DNA of 64,000 nt from IMG/VR virus record IMGVR_UViG_3300006928_000001, positions 43,824-107,823 of that record; one strand, 5' to 3'. This DNA comes from a virus. Below, piece by piece: positions 53,353 to 63,417 of the stretch (position 1 is its first letter; each line of letters begins with the position of its first letter). Made by a program: the position numbers and the translations under genes. Under the pieces are notes generated by a model. That model saw only the letters and a program-made list of their open reading frames with translations. It made no database searches and was not told where the DNA came from.

Positions 53353-56115
53353 ATGTCCCTCGTTCTTACTCCTGATGGTCCCGGTACGACTATCATCGTT
53401 CGTGATGGTGCTCAGGGACTTCCCACAGCTCCTCGTGGAACCTCGGCTCTTCTTGGCCAGTACCCTTCTGGCCCGGTGACCCATGCTGCGCTGGCACTAA
53501 CTAAGTCGTCTGCTCGTCTGATCAGTGGTGGTCCTGACGACGACTTTGAAGCTAGTCTCGCTCTTGACGATTTGTACTCTGAGTACGAGCCTCCTGTTCT
53601 TTTGACCCGTATCACCGACGGAAACGAGATTCAGGCTCAGTCGTATCTGTGGGACCGTGCTCCGGCTCGATCTTACTCTCGGTCCGAGAGTGGAACTCTG
53701 TTCTCTGATCGAGCTCCACTAGCTACCATGAAGGCTCATAATGGCGGACGTTGGGGTGGTGCTAAGCATATTATCGTTGGCGATCTGAACGATATCACCG
53801 CTGACCTTACCTCCACCACCATTGACATCTCTACCGCGTCTGAGACTCCCGCTGCTGGTAGCTACTTGGTTGACCGGTACAAGGGAGCTTCCATTTACAT
53901 GGAAGGTGACAGCGACGGACCTTACACCATCGCTTCTAACGACGCCAACGGTGTCTGTACGCTTGAAGGTACGTTCAGCCAGGCCGTGCAGGATGCGGAT
54001 GGTACCGGCTCTATTGATGGTGAATTTCGTATCGTCGTTCCTCACCAGAAGGAATTGGCGGTTGTCATTGGTCAGGACAGCGCCACTTCTGAGTTGTTTA
54101 GCCTTGTCGCTAAGCGTAAGTTTACCGAAACGTCTGACTGGGAGACTGTGTCTTCGTACGACGATCTCGGTCTTAGTTCGAACGATGATAAGCCTTGGCT
54201 TACGACTATTCTTGAGCAGGAAGAAGAGCTTCGACTGTATCAGCTGGAAGTGTCATCTAGCTACACTGGTGCTACTGTGGAGGCCAAGCTTCCTGCTAAC
54301 TTCTGCGAGATTCCAACTGATGTTTCTGGGGCTACTCTGACGTTCCAGTGGTACCGTTGGAGTGCAGACTCTACGAATACTGGTGACCCTTTTCTTGGCG
54401 ATATTACTGCCGTAGACACGTCGTTCATTGAGCCTCATGTTTACACAGTTGATTTCACTGCTGCCACTACGTTTGACGTTACTGTTACTTGGCCTGATGG
54501 CACTTCGCAGGCACTTGGTTCCGGTACTGTTGGTACTACGTTCGCACCGGCGCATCCTCAGCTTACTACTTTTACGATTGAAGCTGGCGGTACTGCTGCG
54601 GTTGATGGTGATCAGCTAACGGTTCGTGTTGATCCTCTTCCGTTGGATCTATACAAGCGGGAGGCGTTTGTTTATCCCGTTGCTGTGTCGGCTGATGGTA
54701 ACAATAACCAGCGCATTCGTATCGTCAGTAACACGTACAACTCCATTACGGTCAGGTCTGACTTGGTTCTGACTAGCTTCGGTGCGGTTGCGGCTGTGGC
54801 TCCGTCTGTAACCACCGGTGATCTCAGTGCTGTGTCGTTTAGTGGCAGTGAGACTATCATTCTGACCCCTGACTCTGGTGACGCAGTCACCCTGACCATT
54901 TCCGGTGCAGTTGGACCTGGTGCAGCAGCTATCAAGGCTGAACTTGATACTCTTGATACGGATAGTCTGTTCACTTTCACCGTAAGTGGTGACACTATCA
55001 TTATTAGTGTCAACGGGTCTTACGGCTCTCAGTCTACCATCACCCTTGGTAATGGTACGGGCCATGGTGATCTGAGTATCGCTACTTCTGGTACCGTTAC
55101 CGGTACTGATGGCGTCCCCGCTCGAGTTGAAGCTCGCATGCCAATGTGGGGTGGGTACGACGGCGATACGCCGGCTGCTGCTGATTACATCGTGGCTATG
55201 GACCTCAGCGAGAACCGTTTCAACAGGTGGTTTGATACTAATCTTGGACTGGTTCGGTTTGCTACTGTCGGTATCACCGCAACTACCGTCAAGGACGCTG
55301 CACGTCCTCTGGCCGCTAAGCACGGCTGGAAGTACATGGCTGAGTTCGCGTCTAGTCTCGAATCTCAGGCTCTGCCTGGTGAGGCTGCGTTGGCTGACAT
55401 GATCGCTAACGAAGAAGAAAGTGACTACGTTGATCATATCTTCCCGAGCCGCGTTAAGTACCTAAACGTCGCAAAGACCAAGACGGTCACTCGATCGCCT
55501 GTTGGTCAGTTCATGGGGATTAAGGCCCGACTTGCGAATGCCGGTGTCGATGGTGAACGAGGGTTCCATATTGCTGCGGCTAACAACAACCTTCAGGGCA
55601 AGCTTAGTCCGAGGTGTAAGGGTCTGTCTGACGATCTTGGACGTTGGACTCCACCTAAGAAGCTGCTTAACGACCATGGCGTTGTCATGATTCTATGGGA
55701 AGGCCCTAACGTGTACCTGTGGGGCAACCGCATGTACAGCAAGGGTAGGACCCCCAAGGGTAAGCGGTACACTATCACAGAGCGTGACGTGTACTACCAC
55801 GTGGCTCGCGATTTGTTCGTTACTACTCGCCCGTTTTTCTTCAAGAGCATCTCGGCTCGCCGTCTTGGTGACGTGAGCCGAGCACTTCGTGAGAAGATGA
55901 AGGTGTACTACCACGATGGTTGGTTCAGTGATGAGGGTGGTCGAGCACCTGGTTTTGAGCAGCAGTGTTCTGTTCAGGTGCCTTTGTCGCTAAACACTGC
56001 GGCCGAACTCAATGAAGGAAATGTTTACGCAAGCGTGACGTTTACTCCACGCCCCGCACTTGAGAGTCTTACTATCGTGCTCTCCCCAACTCAGACGACG
56101 GCTACTGACAGCTGA
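53353..56115 (+). CDS. Contractile tail sheath
   Basis: N-terminal PGTTI, GGYDG, LWGNRM, C-terminal VTFTPRPALE; 920 aa. Confidence 0.9.
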   Translation: MSLVLTPDGPGTTIIVRDGAQGLPTAPRGTSALLGQYPSGPVTHAALALTKSSARLISGGPDDDFEASLALDDLYSEYEPPVLLTRITDGNEIQAQSYLWDRAPARSYSRSESGTLFSDRAPLATMKAHNGGRWGGAKHIIVGDLNDITADLTSTTIDISTASETPAAGSYLVDRYKGASIYMEGDSDGPYTIASNDANGVCTLEGTFSQAVQDADGTGSIDGEFRIVVPHQKELAVVIGQDSATSELFSLVAKRKFTETSDWETVSSYDDLGLSSNDDKPWLTTILEQEEELRLYQLEVSSSYTGATVEAKLPANFCEIPTDVSGATLTFQWYRWSADSTNTGDPFLGDITAVDTSFIEPHVYTVDFTAATTFDVTVTWPDGTSQALGSGTVGTTFAPAHPQLTTFTIEAGGTAAVDGDQLTVRVDPLPLDLYKREAFVYPVAVSADGNNNQRIRIVSNTYNSITVRSDLVLTSFGAVAAVAPSVTTGDLSAVSFSGSETIILTPDSGDAVTLTISGAVGPGAAAIKAELDTLDTDSLFTFTVSGDTIIISVNGSYGSQSTITLGNGTGHGDLSIATSGTVTGTDGVPARVEARMPMWGGYDGDTPAAADYIVAMDLSENRFNRWFDTNLGLVRFATVGITATTVKDAARPLAAKHGWKYMAEFASSLESQALPGEAALADMIANEEESDYVDHIFPSRVKYLNVAKTKTVTRSPVGQFMGIKARLANAGVDGERGFHIAAANNNLQGKLSPRCKGLSDDLGRWTPPKKLLNDHGVVMILWEGPNVYLWGNRMYSKGRTPKGKRYTITERDVYYHVARDLFVTTRPFFFKSISARRLGDVSRALREKMKVYYHDGWFSDEGGRAPGFEQQCSVQVPLSLNTAAELNEGNVYASVTFTPRPALESLTIVLSPTQTTATDS

Positions 56116-56137
56116 TTCAACGTAATAGGAGAACCTG

Positions 56138-56578
56138 ATGCCTGCACGTACTATCGCGGATGGAGCAGCTGTCACTAACCACTTTGCGGCATCATTTGCC
56201 CCATGGGTTGTTGATGGTAACTTCATCTCTGTTACTGGTCTCGGCGATGAGACAGAAATTATCGATGGCCCAGACGGTCGTGGATATTCTACTGGTAAGA
56301 AGACTAAGCGAGAACTGACCGTTGTTCTGGCTGATCATGAAGATGCCATTGCTGGTATGCACGATTGGAAGGAGGCTGTTGAAAATGGCGGTCTGAACAA
56401 TGCGGTTAATGGTACTGTTACCCGGATGGATGCAGGTGGAAACCCCATCGCTATCTGGGAGTTGGAGCGATGCCTTTGTAAGATGGTAGAGCCTAACGAC
56501 ATGTCGTTGGACGGTGCCGAAGTCGGACAGTCGACTTTCACTATCACGTACTATCAGGCTAAGCTCATCGGACCTTGA
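56138..56578 (+). CDS. Tail tube (T4 gp19-like)
   Basis: FISVTGL...W...GTVTRMDAGGNPIAIWEL. Confidence 0.85.
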   Translation: MPARTIADGAAVTNHFAASFAPWVVDGNFISVTGLGDETEIIDGPDGRGYSTGKKTKRELTVVLADHEDAIAGMHDWKEAVENGGLNNAVNGTVTRMDAGGNPIAIWELERCLCKMVEPNDMSLDGAEVGQSTFTITYYQAKLIGP

Positions 56579-56646
56579 TTGATGCCGTGGCTCAAGCAGG
56601 TCCACCAACTGTTTGAGTCTTTACCTCTATTACCTGGGAGATAGAA

Positions 56647-57423
56647 ATGGGACAGGAAGATACAAGCGGGCTGATTACTTCTACGTTCAAGGAGCTTTAC
56701 GAGCAAAGTAAGCTCCCTAGCGGTTTGGAGTTTGAGCTTCAGCCAGATACCGTAGAGAACGCTCTTGCTGTGGCAGAGATTGACGATCCTCAGCCATGGA
56801 AGAAGAAGGCTCTTCAAGTTTTTACCGTTACTAAGAGTGTGAATGGCGTTCCATTTCACGATGATGACGGGTCTGTCAGTCTAGTTAACAACATGCTCGA
56901 CACAGACATTCAGTTTCTTAGTCTAGCGTGGACCGCACAGCTTAACGGTACCAAGATGGATCTCGATGGAGGAGCTCCGTGCCCATCATGCAATAAGCTG
57001 ATTCTTAACATCGATTACGGCAACCTTAAGGTTCATCATCGTGATACGCCAGCTACTGGTCCTGGAATGCACGAAGTTGAAGGCATTGACCCTGCCATGC
57101 TTCCCAAGACTCTTGTCGGTGGTAAGATGGCCGTGGCGGATACCAGCTGGATGAACGCACGAAAGCGTGTTACAGAAAAGAGTTGGGAAAATCTCGATGC
57201 CATTATGATGCACCGTATCATGTCTGCACTGTACGTCATTAAGGGTGATTCTGGTAACCGTATCGTTACCAATCATGAAGCTATGGCCATGCGATCTAAG
57301 GTTTTGCTTCTTGCTAAGGACGTGATGGATCAACACGTTCCTCATTTTGACTTGCACATGATTCTCACCTGTCCTCATTGCAAGGAGGATAGCATGATCC
57401 CTTTCACCCAGGGTCTGGGCTGA
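56647..57423 (+). CDS. Tail assembly chaperone (T4 gp26-like, CxxC)
   Basis: LPSG, CPSC, CPHC; located between tube and tape measure. Confidence 0.65.
   Translation: MGQEDTSGLITSTFKELYEQSKLPSGLEFELQPDTVENALAVAEIDDPQPWKKKALQVFTVTKSVNGVPFHDDDGSVSLVNNMLDTDIQFLSLAWTAQLNGTKMDLDGGAPCPSCNKLILNIDYGNLKVHHRDTPATGPGMHEVEGIDPAMLPKTLVGGKMAVADTSWMNARKRVTEKSWENLDAIMMHRIMSALYVIKGDSGNRIVTNHEAMAMRSKVLLLAKDVMDQHVPHFDLHMILTCPHCKEDSMIPFTQGLG
57382..57405 (+). promoter_or_regulatory. Programmed -1 frameshift signal
   Basis: AAGGAGG (57382-88) 10 nt before slippery C CCT TTC (57399-57405); the -1 frame is open into ORF 57450-57632. Confidence 0.75.
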
Positions 57424-57449
57424 ACGTCCTAGACCCTCCTGTCTTTTAC

Positions 57450-57632
57450 ATGGACCTGGAAGACTACGCCAATCTAGTGTACATGTTCATGACTGGTGTA
57501 CCTGGTTGGGGTTCGTCTGGATTTTGCATGATGGGCCCGGAGGAACTAAAAAAACAGCGCTGGACGTACGTTAAGTACTGGGCCAATTTGCTTGTTAAGC
57601 AAAGGTCTGAAGCGATATCAGCGTTGTCTTAG
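57450..57632 (+). CDS. Tail assembly chaperone frameshift extension (T-like)
   Basis: In the -1 frame of the upstream chaperone; no obvious RBS of its own. Confidence 0.65.
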   Translation: MDLEDYANLVYMFMTGVPGWGSSGFCMMGPEELKKQRWTYVKYWANLLVKQRSEAISALS

Positions 57633-57644
57633 GAAGGTGCCCGT

Positions 57645-60020
57645 ATGATGAACATCGGCGCAAAGATCGTCATTAATCCGCTTAAGGCTCTTTGGGCCAT
57701 GGCGCGGATGACGAAGTCTACTCGATTCCTCATCAAGACGTACGGATCGTGGCAGATTGCTTCGGCTAGGACTGGTGCATCAGTTAAAGAACTGATGAAC
57801 ATCGTCAAGACGGAGCGCTCTACGACACAGATGCAGCGTAATGTCAATCTGCTGAACCGTAGCGTTCGCACGACAACTGCTGCTGTAAAAGAACTTCGTA
57901 TTTCTAGTAGCAAGCTGTACGGATTCTTTAGCGGTGGTAAAGCACGTGGTCCTGTTAAGTCACTAAAGAAGATCAATAAGACTGCGAAGCAGGTACAACA
58001 CACCATCAGACGGACGACGCAATCGTCTCATGACTTGATTGCCACGTTTGCTGGTGCTATTGCTGCCATCGGTGGTGTAAAGCTAGCTAGATCTTTTGGC
58101 TCGTTTTTTCAAAGTGCTGTCGCTTCAGCAGCTCATACCGAAGCGAACAGAGTTACGTTTGACGCTCTGCTAGGGGATAAGGGCAAGTCGAAAGAGCTCA
58201 TGAGTCGTATCACATCCTACTCTGCGGCCACTCCGTTCCAACGGTCTGACCTCATTGAAGGCTCTAAGATGCTACTTAACGTGACTAAGGACAATCTCGA
58301 TGAAAACGAGAAGTTGTTCAAACTGTCTGCTAATATCGCTGCACTCCGGCCAGGTAAGAAGGTTGCAGAGGTATCACGAGGAATTGTAAACGCCACAGTT
58401 GGTGAATTCGACATTCTGAAGTCGTCGTTTGGCTTGGTCCTTAGAGCAGAACAGTTTAAGAAGTACGGTACACCAGGCGGCAAGGCGTACTCTGAGGCAG
58501 TCATCAAGGAGATTCAACGTCAGTTCACGGAAAAAACTGGTGGCGCCGATCTCGTTGGTGAATTGTCTAAGACGCTACAGGGTAAAGTCTCAACGCTGAT
58601 TGATAATCTTGATATTCTTCGAGATTACTTCGGCGAAAAGATGATTGAAATCTTCGACATCAAAGAAGTCGTTGACGTACTCATCAAGGGAGCTAGCGAT
58701 TTCATTTTCGCATTCCGTGGCCTGATGGGCGAAGGTGTCTTGAACGGCACTCAAGACATGGCAAGGTGGATGGACATTCATCCGTTTATCAAAGACCTTG
58801 CGTTTTTTACCGTTGAAGGTATGAAGAAACTTGAAATGTTCGTGTCGTTTACTAAGCACAGCGTTATCAAGCCTCTTTACGACATGTTTAGTAACCTGAG
58901 TGAAGGTGTACGTCAGGCTGTCATCGGGATCGGGTTTAGCGGGCTAGCGGCGTCACTCGGGACTGGTATCATCGTACCGACTATTACGATGATCGGACTA
59001 GTGTTTAGCGCTCTAGTTGCCGTATTGTCTCCGCTATCCTCGTTTATCATCCCAGGTATTGTTGCCGGAATTGGTGCTCTGCTCGGTATTCTACCGTCCG
59101 GTGGTATCGTCGGTATATTTGGCGTTGGATTTGCTGTATTCAGAAAGGACGGTGAATCTGTTGCGACCACGTTTAAGCGAATGGCGTGGTGGCTTACATG
59201 GTTCAAGGATAGCGCCGTCGCTGCGATGAAGGCATTCTGGACTCCGTTCATTAAGGAAGTGATGCCTGTAGTTAAGGAGAACTTCGGTAATACCATGAAA
59301 GCTCTAAACGAGCTGAAGGTGCCATTGCAAGAGTTCTTTGCGCAGTTTACTGGTCAGCGTGTTACTTCAATCAAAGACTTTGCTATCTTGGGCAAGGAGC
59401 TTGGAATTGCATTCGGAAAGTTCCTCGCTTGGAACGCCGAAAAAGCAGTCAAGTGGATTAACCGACTTACGGCTGTGCTTAAGTTCGCGCAAAGCTCTGG
59501 GTTCTTCCAGGCATACGCTAGTGATATCATTAATCTAGGTAAGTCGTTTTTCGGCCTGTTGACTGGCGCTGACCGTAGTACCAAGAGTCTAAAAACGTTC
59601 ATGCTAGCATTGGCTGACGTAGTGACTAATCCGTTTAGGTTGATTATCGTCGGCCTGATTGATATGCTAGATGGTGCATTCAAAAAGCTTCAACCCATTG
59701 TTGCGGCATTCAGTACTGACATGGCAGAGAAAATCGGTTCGACCATTGAATCACTGAAGGGTATGAAAGAGACGATTAAGGAAGGGTTCTTGAAGACGAA
59801 CATTCCTATCGGGTTGGAAGTCGAACCATTTGAAGACACGTTGTCTGTAGAAATTGACGGAGAAAAGGTCGCTGAAACTACTCGTAAGCGCGATATGCGT
59901 GCTCGTCATGGTGGCCGTGGCGGTAATCCGGTTAACCCAGAAGAATTGGGCTTCGTTTTGACGTCTGGTGGTGCGGGAATCAAGGTGGTTACTTCTGACC
60001 AAATCGTCGAGGAGCTCTGA
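57645..60020 (+). CDS. Tape measure protein
   Basis: FDALLG...AATPF...LSKTLQGKVSTLIDN, hydrophobic central segment. Confidence 0.9.
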   Translation: MMNIGAKIVINPLKALWAMARMTKSTRFLIKTYGSWQIASARTGASVKELMNIVKTERSTTQMQRNVNLLNRSVRTTTAAVKELRISSSKLYGFFSGGKARGPVKSLKKINKTAKQVQHTIRRTTQSSHDLIATFAGAIAAIGGVKLARSFGSFFQSAVASAAHTEANRVTFDALLGDKGKSKELMSRITSYSAATPFQRSDLIEGSKMLLNVTKDNLDENEKLFKLSANIAALRPGKKVAEVSRGIVNATVGEFDILKSSFGLVLRAEQFKKYGTPGGKAYSEAVIKEIQRQFTEKTGGADLVGELSKTLQGKVSTLIDNLDILRDYFGEKMIEIFDIKEVVDVLIKGASDFIFAFRGLMGEGVLNGTQDMARWMDIHPFIKDLAFFTVEGMKKLEMFVSFTKHSVIKPLYDMFSNLSEGVRQAVIGIGFSGLAASLGTGIIVPTITMIGLVFSALVAVLSPLSSFIIPGIVAGIGALLGILPSGGIVGIFGVGFAVFRKDGESVATTFKRMAWWLTWFKDSAVAAMKAFWTPFIKEVMPVVKENFGNTMKALNELKVPLQEFFAQFTGQRVTSIKDFAILGKELGIAFGKFLAWNAEKAVKWINRLTAVLKFAQSSGFFQAYASDIINLGKSFFGLLTGADRSTKSLKTFMLALADVVTNPFRLIIVGLIDMLDGAFKKLQPIVAAFSTDMAEKIGSTIESLKGMKETIKEGFLKTNIPIGLEVEPFEDTLSVEIDGEKVAETTRKRDMRARHGGRGGNPVNPEELGFVLTSGGAGIKVVTSDQIVEEL

Positions 60021-60718
60021 TGCCATCACCAATTGCGTTTCCTCCTGGACCATCATGGGTTCTTGTTAACGCAGATCAGCCTCTTAGTCTACCGGTTCTA
60101 GGTCAATTCGATCCAGAACTGCGTGTACAGAAGGGCCGACCTAAGTGGCAGTCAAAAGATGGCATCGCTGGAGGTATGCCATGGTTGAAGTACACAGGAA
60201 AAGGTCTTGGGTACTTTACGTTTGTATTTCACGCGATCTCACTGACAACGTTCGACCAGTACCCGTTGTTGGCATGGGAACGTATCAATGAACTAGCAGA
60301 TTATGATAGTACTTTCGGCCGACCACCAAGAGTTTGGTGGTGGCATGGACTTCATTTTTTCGAAGGCTTCATCGTCGATATCCCAGATGCACCAATCAAG
60401 CACTGGGGACCCGGGATCATTAATTCTCGACTTGTCCGCGAGATTGGCCCGGTTACTATTACTGTTAAGCGCATTCCTAAGGAGAAGACCGAACTTTCTA
60501 TTAGTACAAACTACGTAACTAAGACAGATGATACTTTGTACGAAGAGCTAGCGCTACAGCAGTATGGTGACGCTAGGTACGGTCATACCCTTGAAGAACA
60601 CAATCAAGGGGTTCAAGTCGAAGAGACTATAGAACTACCGCGTAAGAATAGTGGGCTAATCTCAAAAACGACCGAGGTCGCTCCGTTCTTTGATGACCCA
60701 GTTGACCCGAGACTCTAA
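60020..60718 (+). CDS. Tube initiator / baseplate protein with LysM-like end
   Basis: GQFDP...RPPRV; DDTLYEELALQQYGD..Y..L..HN. Confidence 0.65.
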   Translation: MPSPIAFPPGPSWVLVNADQPLSLPVLGQFDPELRVQKGRPKWQSKDGIAGGMPWLKYTGKGLGYFTFVFHAISLTTFDQYPLLAWERINELADYDSTFGRPPRVWWWHGLHFFEGFIVDIPDAPIKHWGPGIINSRLVREIGPVTITVKRIPKEKTELSISTNYVTKTDDTLYEELALQQYGDARYGHTLEEHNQGVQVEETIELPRKNSGLISKTTEVAPFFDDPVDPRL

Positions 60719-61950
60719 TGCCACTCGGTGATAAACTCAAATTCGAAAAGTTCTCTGGACCAGAGTCAGAGATTTACGCACAGGTACAGTTTAAGACTTC
60801 AGGCGGGTATGATATTGATACCCAAGGTCTTTCTAGCGTCAAAGTGCGTTTGCAGCTTGGTTCGGCTGACGAGCTAACTATGGCTTTGCCATCTAGGGTC
60901 ATGGACAAAGAGTATAACATGGTTTGGCGGCCGGATATGTCTATTTGGCAAAACGGTTCGATCATTCATGTTGACATGGGGTACGATGGTGAATTTACGC
61001 CTATGCAACACTTTGAAATCGTTAGCAGTACAAATCAGTACCAAGGCTCAGAAGCTGAGATGCTAACCATTCGTGGTGTGTCTGAGTTGGCACGTGCTGC
61101 TAGAAATCAGAAGCATCGAACTTGGGATCAGTCCCCCGGTGATGATCTTAGGGTTATCGATGATGTCGCTGCTGAATATGGCTGGACCGTCGACGTTGAC
61201 GGTAGTGACATGTTGAATCTCAAGCAACGGGTTAAAAAGGCTGGGAAGACTGATCTTGATTTGTTGAAGCTTATCGCTAGTCAAGCACGCCTAGGCGGCC
61301 CACGCGTCGACTACTACAATACGCTATTCATGCCAAAGCCGGTGGTTGGTAAGCTGAAGTTTACTCGTGGTATTGGTGACCCAGACGCTAGACGCCTTCA
61401 TACTCTAAGTATGGAGCGTGATGGTGGTGCCTCAACTCGTGTTCTTGTAGTTTCATGGGACCCGACTAACCAGACTTGGGTCGAGAAGGAATTTCAGGCT
61501 GACAAATTCAGTGGCGACCCAGTACTTACGTTTGAGGGTGCCAAGTCTGAGAAAGAACTACGTCTCAAGCCTGGCGGCGACATTAAGACTCAGACTTTAA
61601 CCCTAGCGGCAGTCGAACACAGTGGCCATGGTAGTAGTGAGCGTGTAGATGTCTTGAACTCTGCTGTGTATGAAAAGGAAGATGGACTCACGGCAGAAGA
61701 GCTAGCCAAGCGATACTTCGAACTACGTGAGAAGCTATCTCGTTGGGCTACTGTTACTGTAGATGGTCATCCTGACATCGTGCCATACGTGTCTATCGAG
61801 TTGCAAGGTGACCTGGCAGAAATTGATAAAGGTCATTGGCTTCCGCTATGGGTTGAGCATACGATTGATAGCAACGGTTGGATGACTACGTGCCGTGTAG
61901 TTCGAATCGTCGATGAACGAAACTTCCCCGTCAGTTCAGTGGAGTCCTAG
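60718..61950 (+). CDS. Baseplate hub (gpD/late control D-like)
   Basis: VDMGYDG, TDLDLLK.IA, GHPDI, VEHTID..GWMT. Confidence 0.75.
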   Translation: MPLGDKLKFEKFSGPESEIYAQVQFKTSGGYDIDTQGLSSVKVRLQLGSADELTMALPSRVMDKEYNMVWRPDMSIWQNGSIIHVDMGYDGEFTPMQHFEIVSSTNQYQGSEAEMLTIRGVSELARAARNQKHRTWDQSPGDDLRVIDDVAAEYGWTVDVDGSDMLNLKQRVKKAGKTDLDLLKLIASQARLGGPRVDYYNTLFMPKPVVGKLKFTRGIGDPDARRLHTLSMERDGGASTRVLVVSWDPTNQTWVEKEFQADKFSGDPVLTFEGAKSEKELRLKPGGDIKTQTLTLAAVEHSGHGSSERVDVLNSAVYEKEDGLTAEELAKRYFELREKLSRWATVTVDGHPDIVPYVSIELQGDLAEIDKGHWLPLWVEHTIDSNGWMTTCRVVRIVDERNFPVSSVES

Positions 61951-61972
61951 AGGCTTACGAAAACTTAGGGGG

Positions 61973-61978
61973 TATACT
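61973..61978 (+). promoter_or_regulatory. -10 box upstream of the lysis cassette
   Basis: GG-TATACT inside a GGGGG/CCCCC inverted repeat. Confidence 0.4.
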
Positions 61979-62055
61979 AACCCCCTCCCAAGGACCTTCG
62001 TGGCCTCCTGGAGTGAGCTAGGGCTACGAAAGTCCCTAAATAGGAGGCCCAAACC

Positions 62056-62355
62056 ATGGCCCTTACTCCCAAGACCACCAAGTATGTGATCACGGCGATT
62101 GTAGTGATCACGCTTCTTATCGTCGGGTACGCTATGTACCAGAATGGGTACGCAGAAGGTGCGACTGCTGCTGCTGGTGCAGCTACCGCGGCCGGTGCTG
62201 CTGCGTATGCCACCGGACGCGAACGTCAACGCGTTGATGACGTAGTTGATGACGCTCGAGAGTTCGTGGCTGACAGTAGTCAACCGGTAGTGAGTCCTGA
62301 ACCGGTTAAGAGCGTAGATAACGTTGCTGATAAGGCTAACGAGTTGTCGTCGTGA
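62056..62355 (+). CDS. Membrane lysis protein (holin/spanin-like)
   Basis: TM helix plus Ala-rich helix, AGGAGG RBS, upstream of the endolysin. Confidence 0.55.
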   Translation: MALTPKTTKYVITAIVVITLLIVGYAMYQNGYAEGATAAAGAATAAGAAAYATGRERQRVDDVVDDAREFVADSSQPVVSPEPVKSVDNVADKANELSS

Positions 62356-62732
62356 TAGCTCTTATCCTATCTTTAGCGTTGGCTCAAGACTTGCCATTAG
62401 TTAAGTGTAACGATGAAACTAAAATGTGTGATGTACATGTAGAGCGGCTTAACGTACTTAACCACAAAGCAGGTCAGTACGAAGATGTCAAGCTTAAGCT
62501 TGATGACGCACTTGTCAAGATTAGCAGACTTGCTGACGAGCTGGAGAAAGCAAATGACACGCTATCTGAGCAAGATGCCAGGTTGCTGGCCCTTCAGGTC
62601 CAGCTTGCCGATGCCGGAATCAGAACCCAACAAGCTACCAGACAACGCAACACCGCCTACGTCATTGCCGGAACCACATTCGCCTCGATCCTTGGAGGAG
62701 GTTACCTTGTCTTACGAGCTACCAGGCGATAA
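62352..62732 (+). CDS. Spanin-like coiled-coil protein
   Basis: Signal peptide, coiled coil, C-terminal TM with RATRR. Confidence 0.55.
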   Translation: MIALILSLALAQDLPLVKCNDETKMCDVHVERLNVLNHKAGQYEDVKLKLDDALVKISRLADELEKANDTLSEQDARLLALQVQLADAGIRTQQATRQRNTAYVIAGTTFASILGGGYLVLRATRR

Positions 62733-63417
62733 GAAGCGTATCATCGAGAGTGTAGTCGGTCTTTTTGAAACTGGCAAGCCAGGTGGTGGAGACTACACTA
62801 CTTGTGTATACCTCGCTGACGGTGCTGGTATCACGTATGGTAAGCACCAGGCTATTGACCGTAGTGGTAGCCTAGACGCTATTGTACAAAGATACATTCT
62901 ACTTGGTGGAGTATACAGGGACGATCTCAAGAAGTTTCAGACTCTTCTTGAAGAAAACGGTACCGTTGGTTTCGAGCCTGATGATCTTCCAGCACAAGTG
63001 ACAGATCTAATGCATCTGTTGTTTATTACAGGTAGTGACCCAGTCATGCACCAGGCCCAAGACGAGGTCTTTGACGAATGGTACTGGAACCCGATGGAAG
63101 TCAAGTGCAAGGAGCTTAAGCTAGAGCTCCCGTTAAGTTGGCTCGTTATGTACGACAGTTCCATCCATAGTGGTCCAGCCGGTATCGACCGTACTCGAAA
63201 CCTGTTTCCGCAGGTCCCACCGTCTAAGGGTGGCACTGAGAAAGTGTGGACTACCGCGTATATTGAAGCTCGACGCGAGTGGTTGGCGACCCATAGCAAA
63301 ACCATCCTGCACGGTACAGTGTACCGGCAGGATGCTATGCTTGATCTTGTAGCCGCTGGAAATTGGGACTTGACAACTCCATTTCAAGTTGCCAAGCCTA
63401 GAGCTACGATTACTTAG
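62707..63417 (+). CDS. Endolysin, GH46 chitosanase-like (lysozyme fold)
   Basis: VGLFETG...DY....LADGAGITYGKHQ, QAQD, YDSSIHSG; GGAGGAGG RBS before TTG at 62707. Confidence 0.75.
   Translation: MSYELPGDKKRIIESVVGLFETGKPGGGDYTTCVYLADGAGITYGKHQAIDRSGSLDAIVQRYILLGGVYRDDLKKFQTLLEENGTVGFEPDDLPAQVTDLMHLLFITGSDPVMHQAQDEVFDEWYWNPMEVKCKELKLELPLSWLVMYDSSIHSGPAGIDRTRNLFPQVPPSKGGTEKVWTTAYIEARREWLATHSKTILHGTVYRQDAMLDLVAAGNWDLTTPFQVAKPRATIT

Noticed and set aside
53353-61950. Bacterial extracellular contractile injection system or tailocin
   Set aside because: Capsid, protease, replication genes and dozens of phage-type small ORFs show this is a phage genome
62485-62706. N-terminal extension of the endolysin in the ORF track
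   Set aside because: Overlaps the spanin-like gene out of frame; a strong GGAGGAGG precedes TTG at 62707
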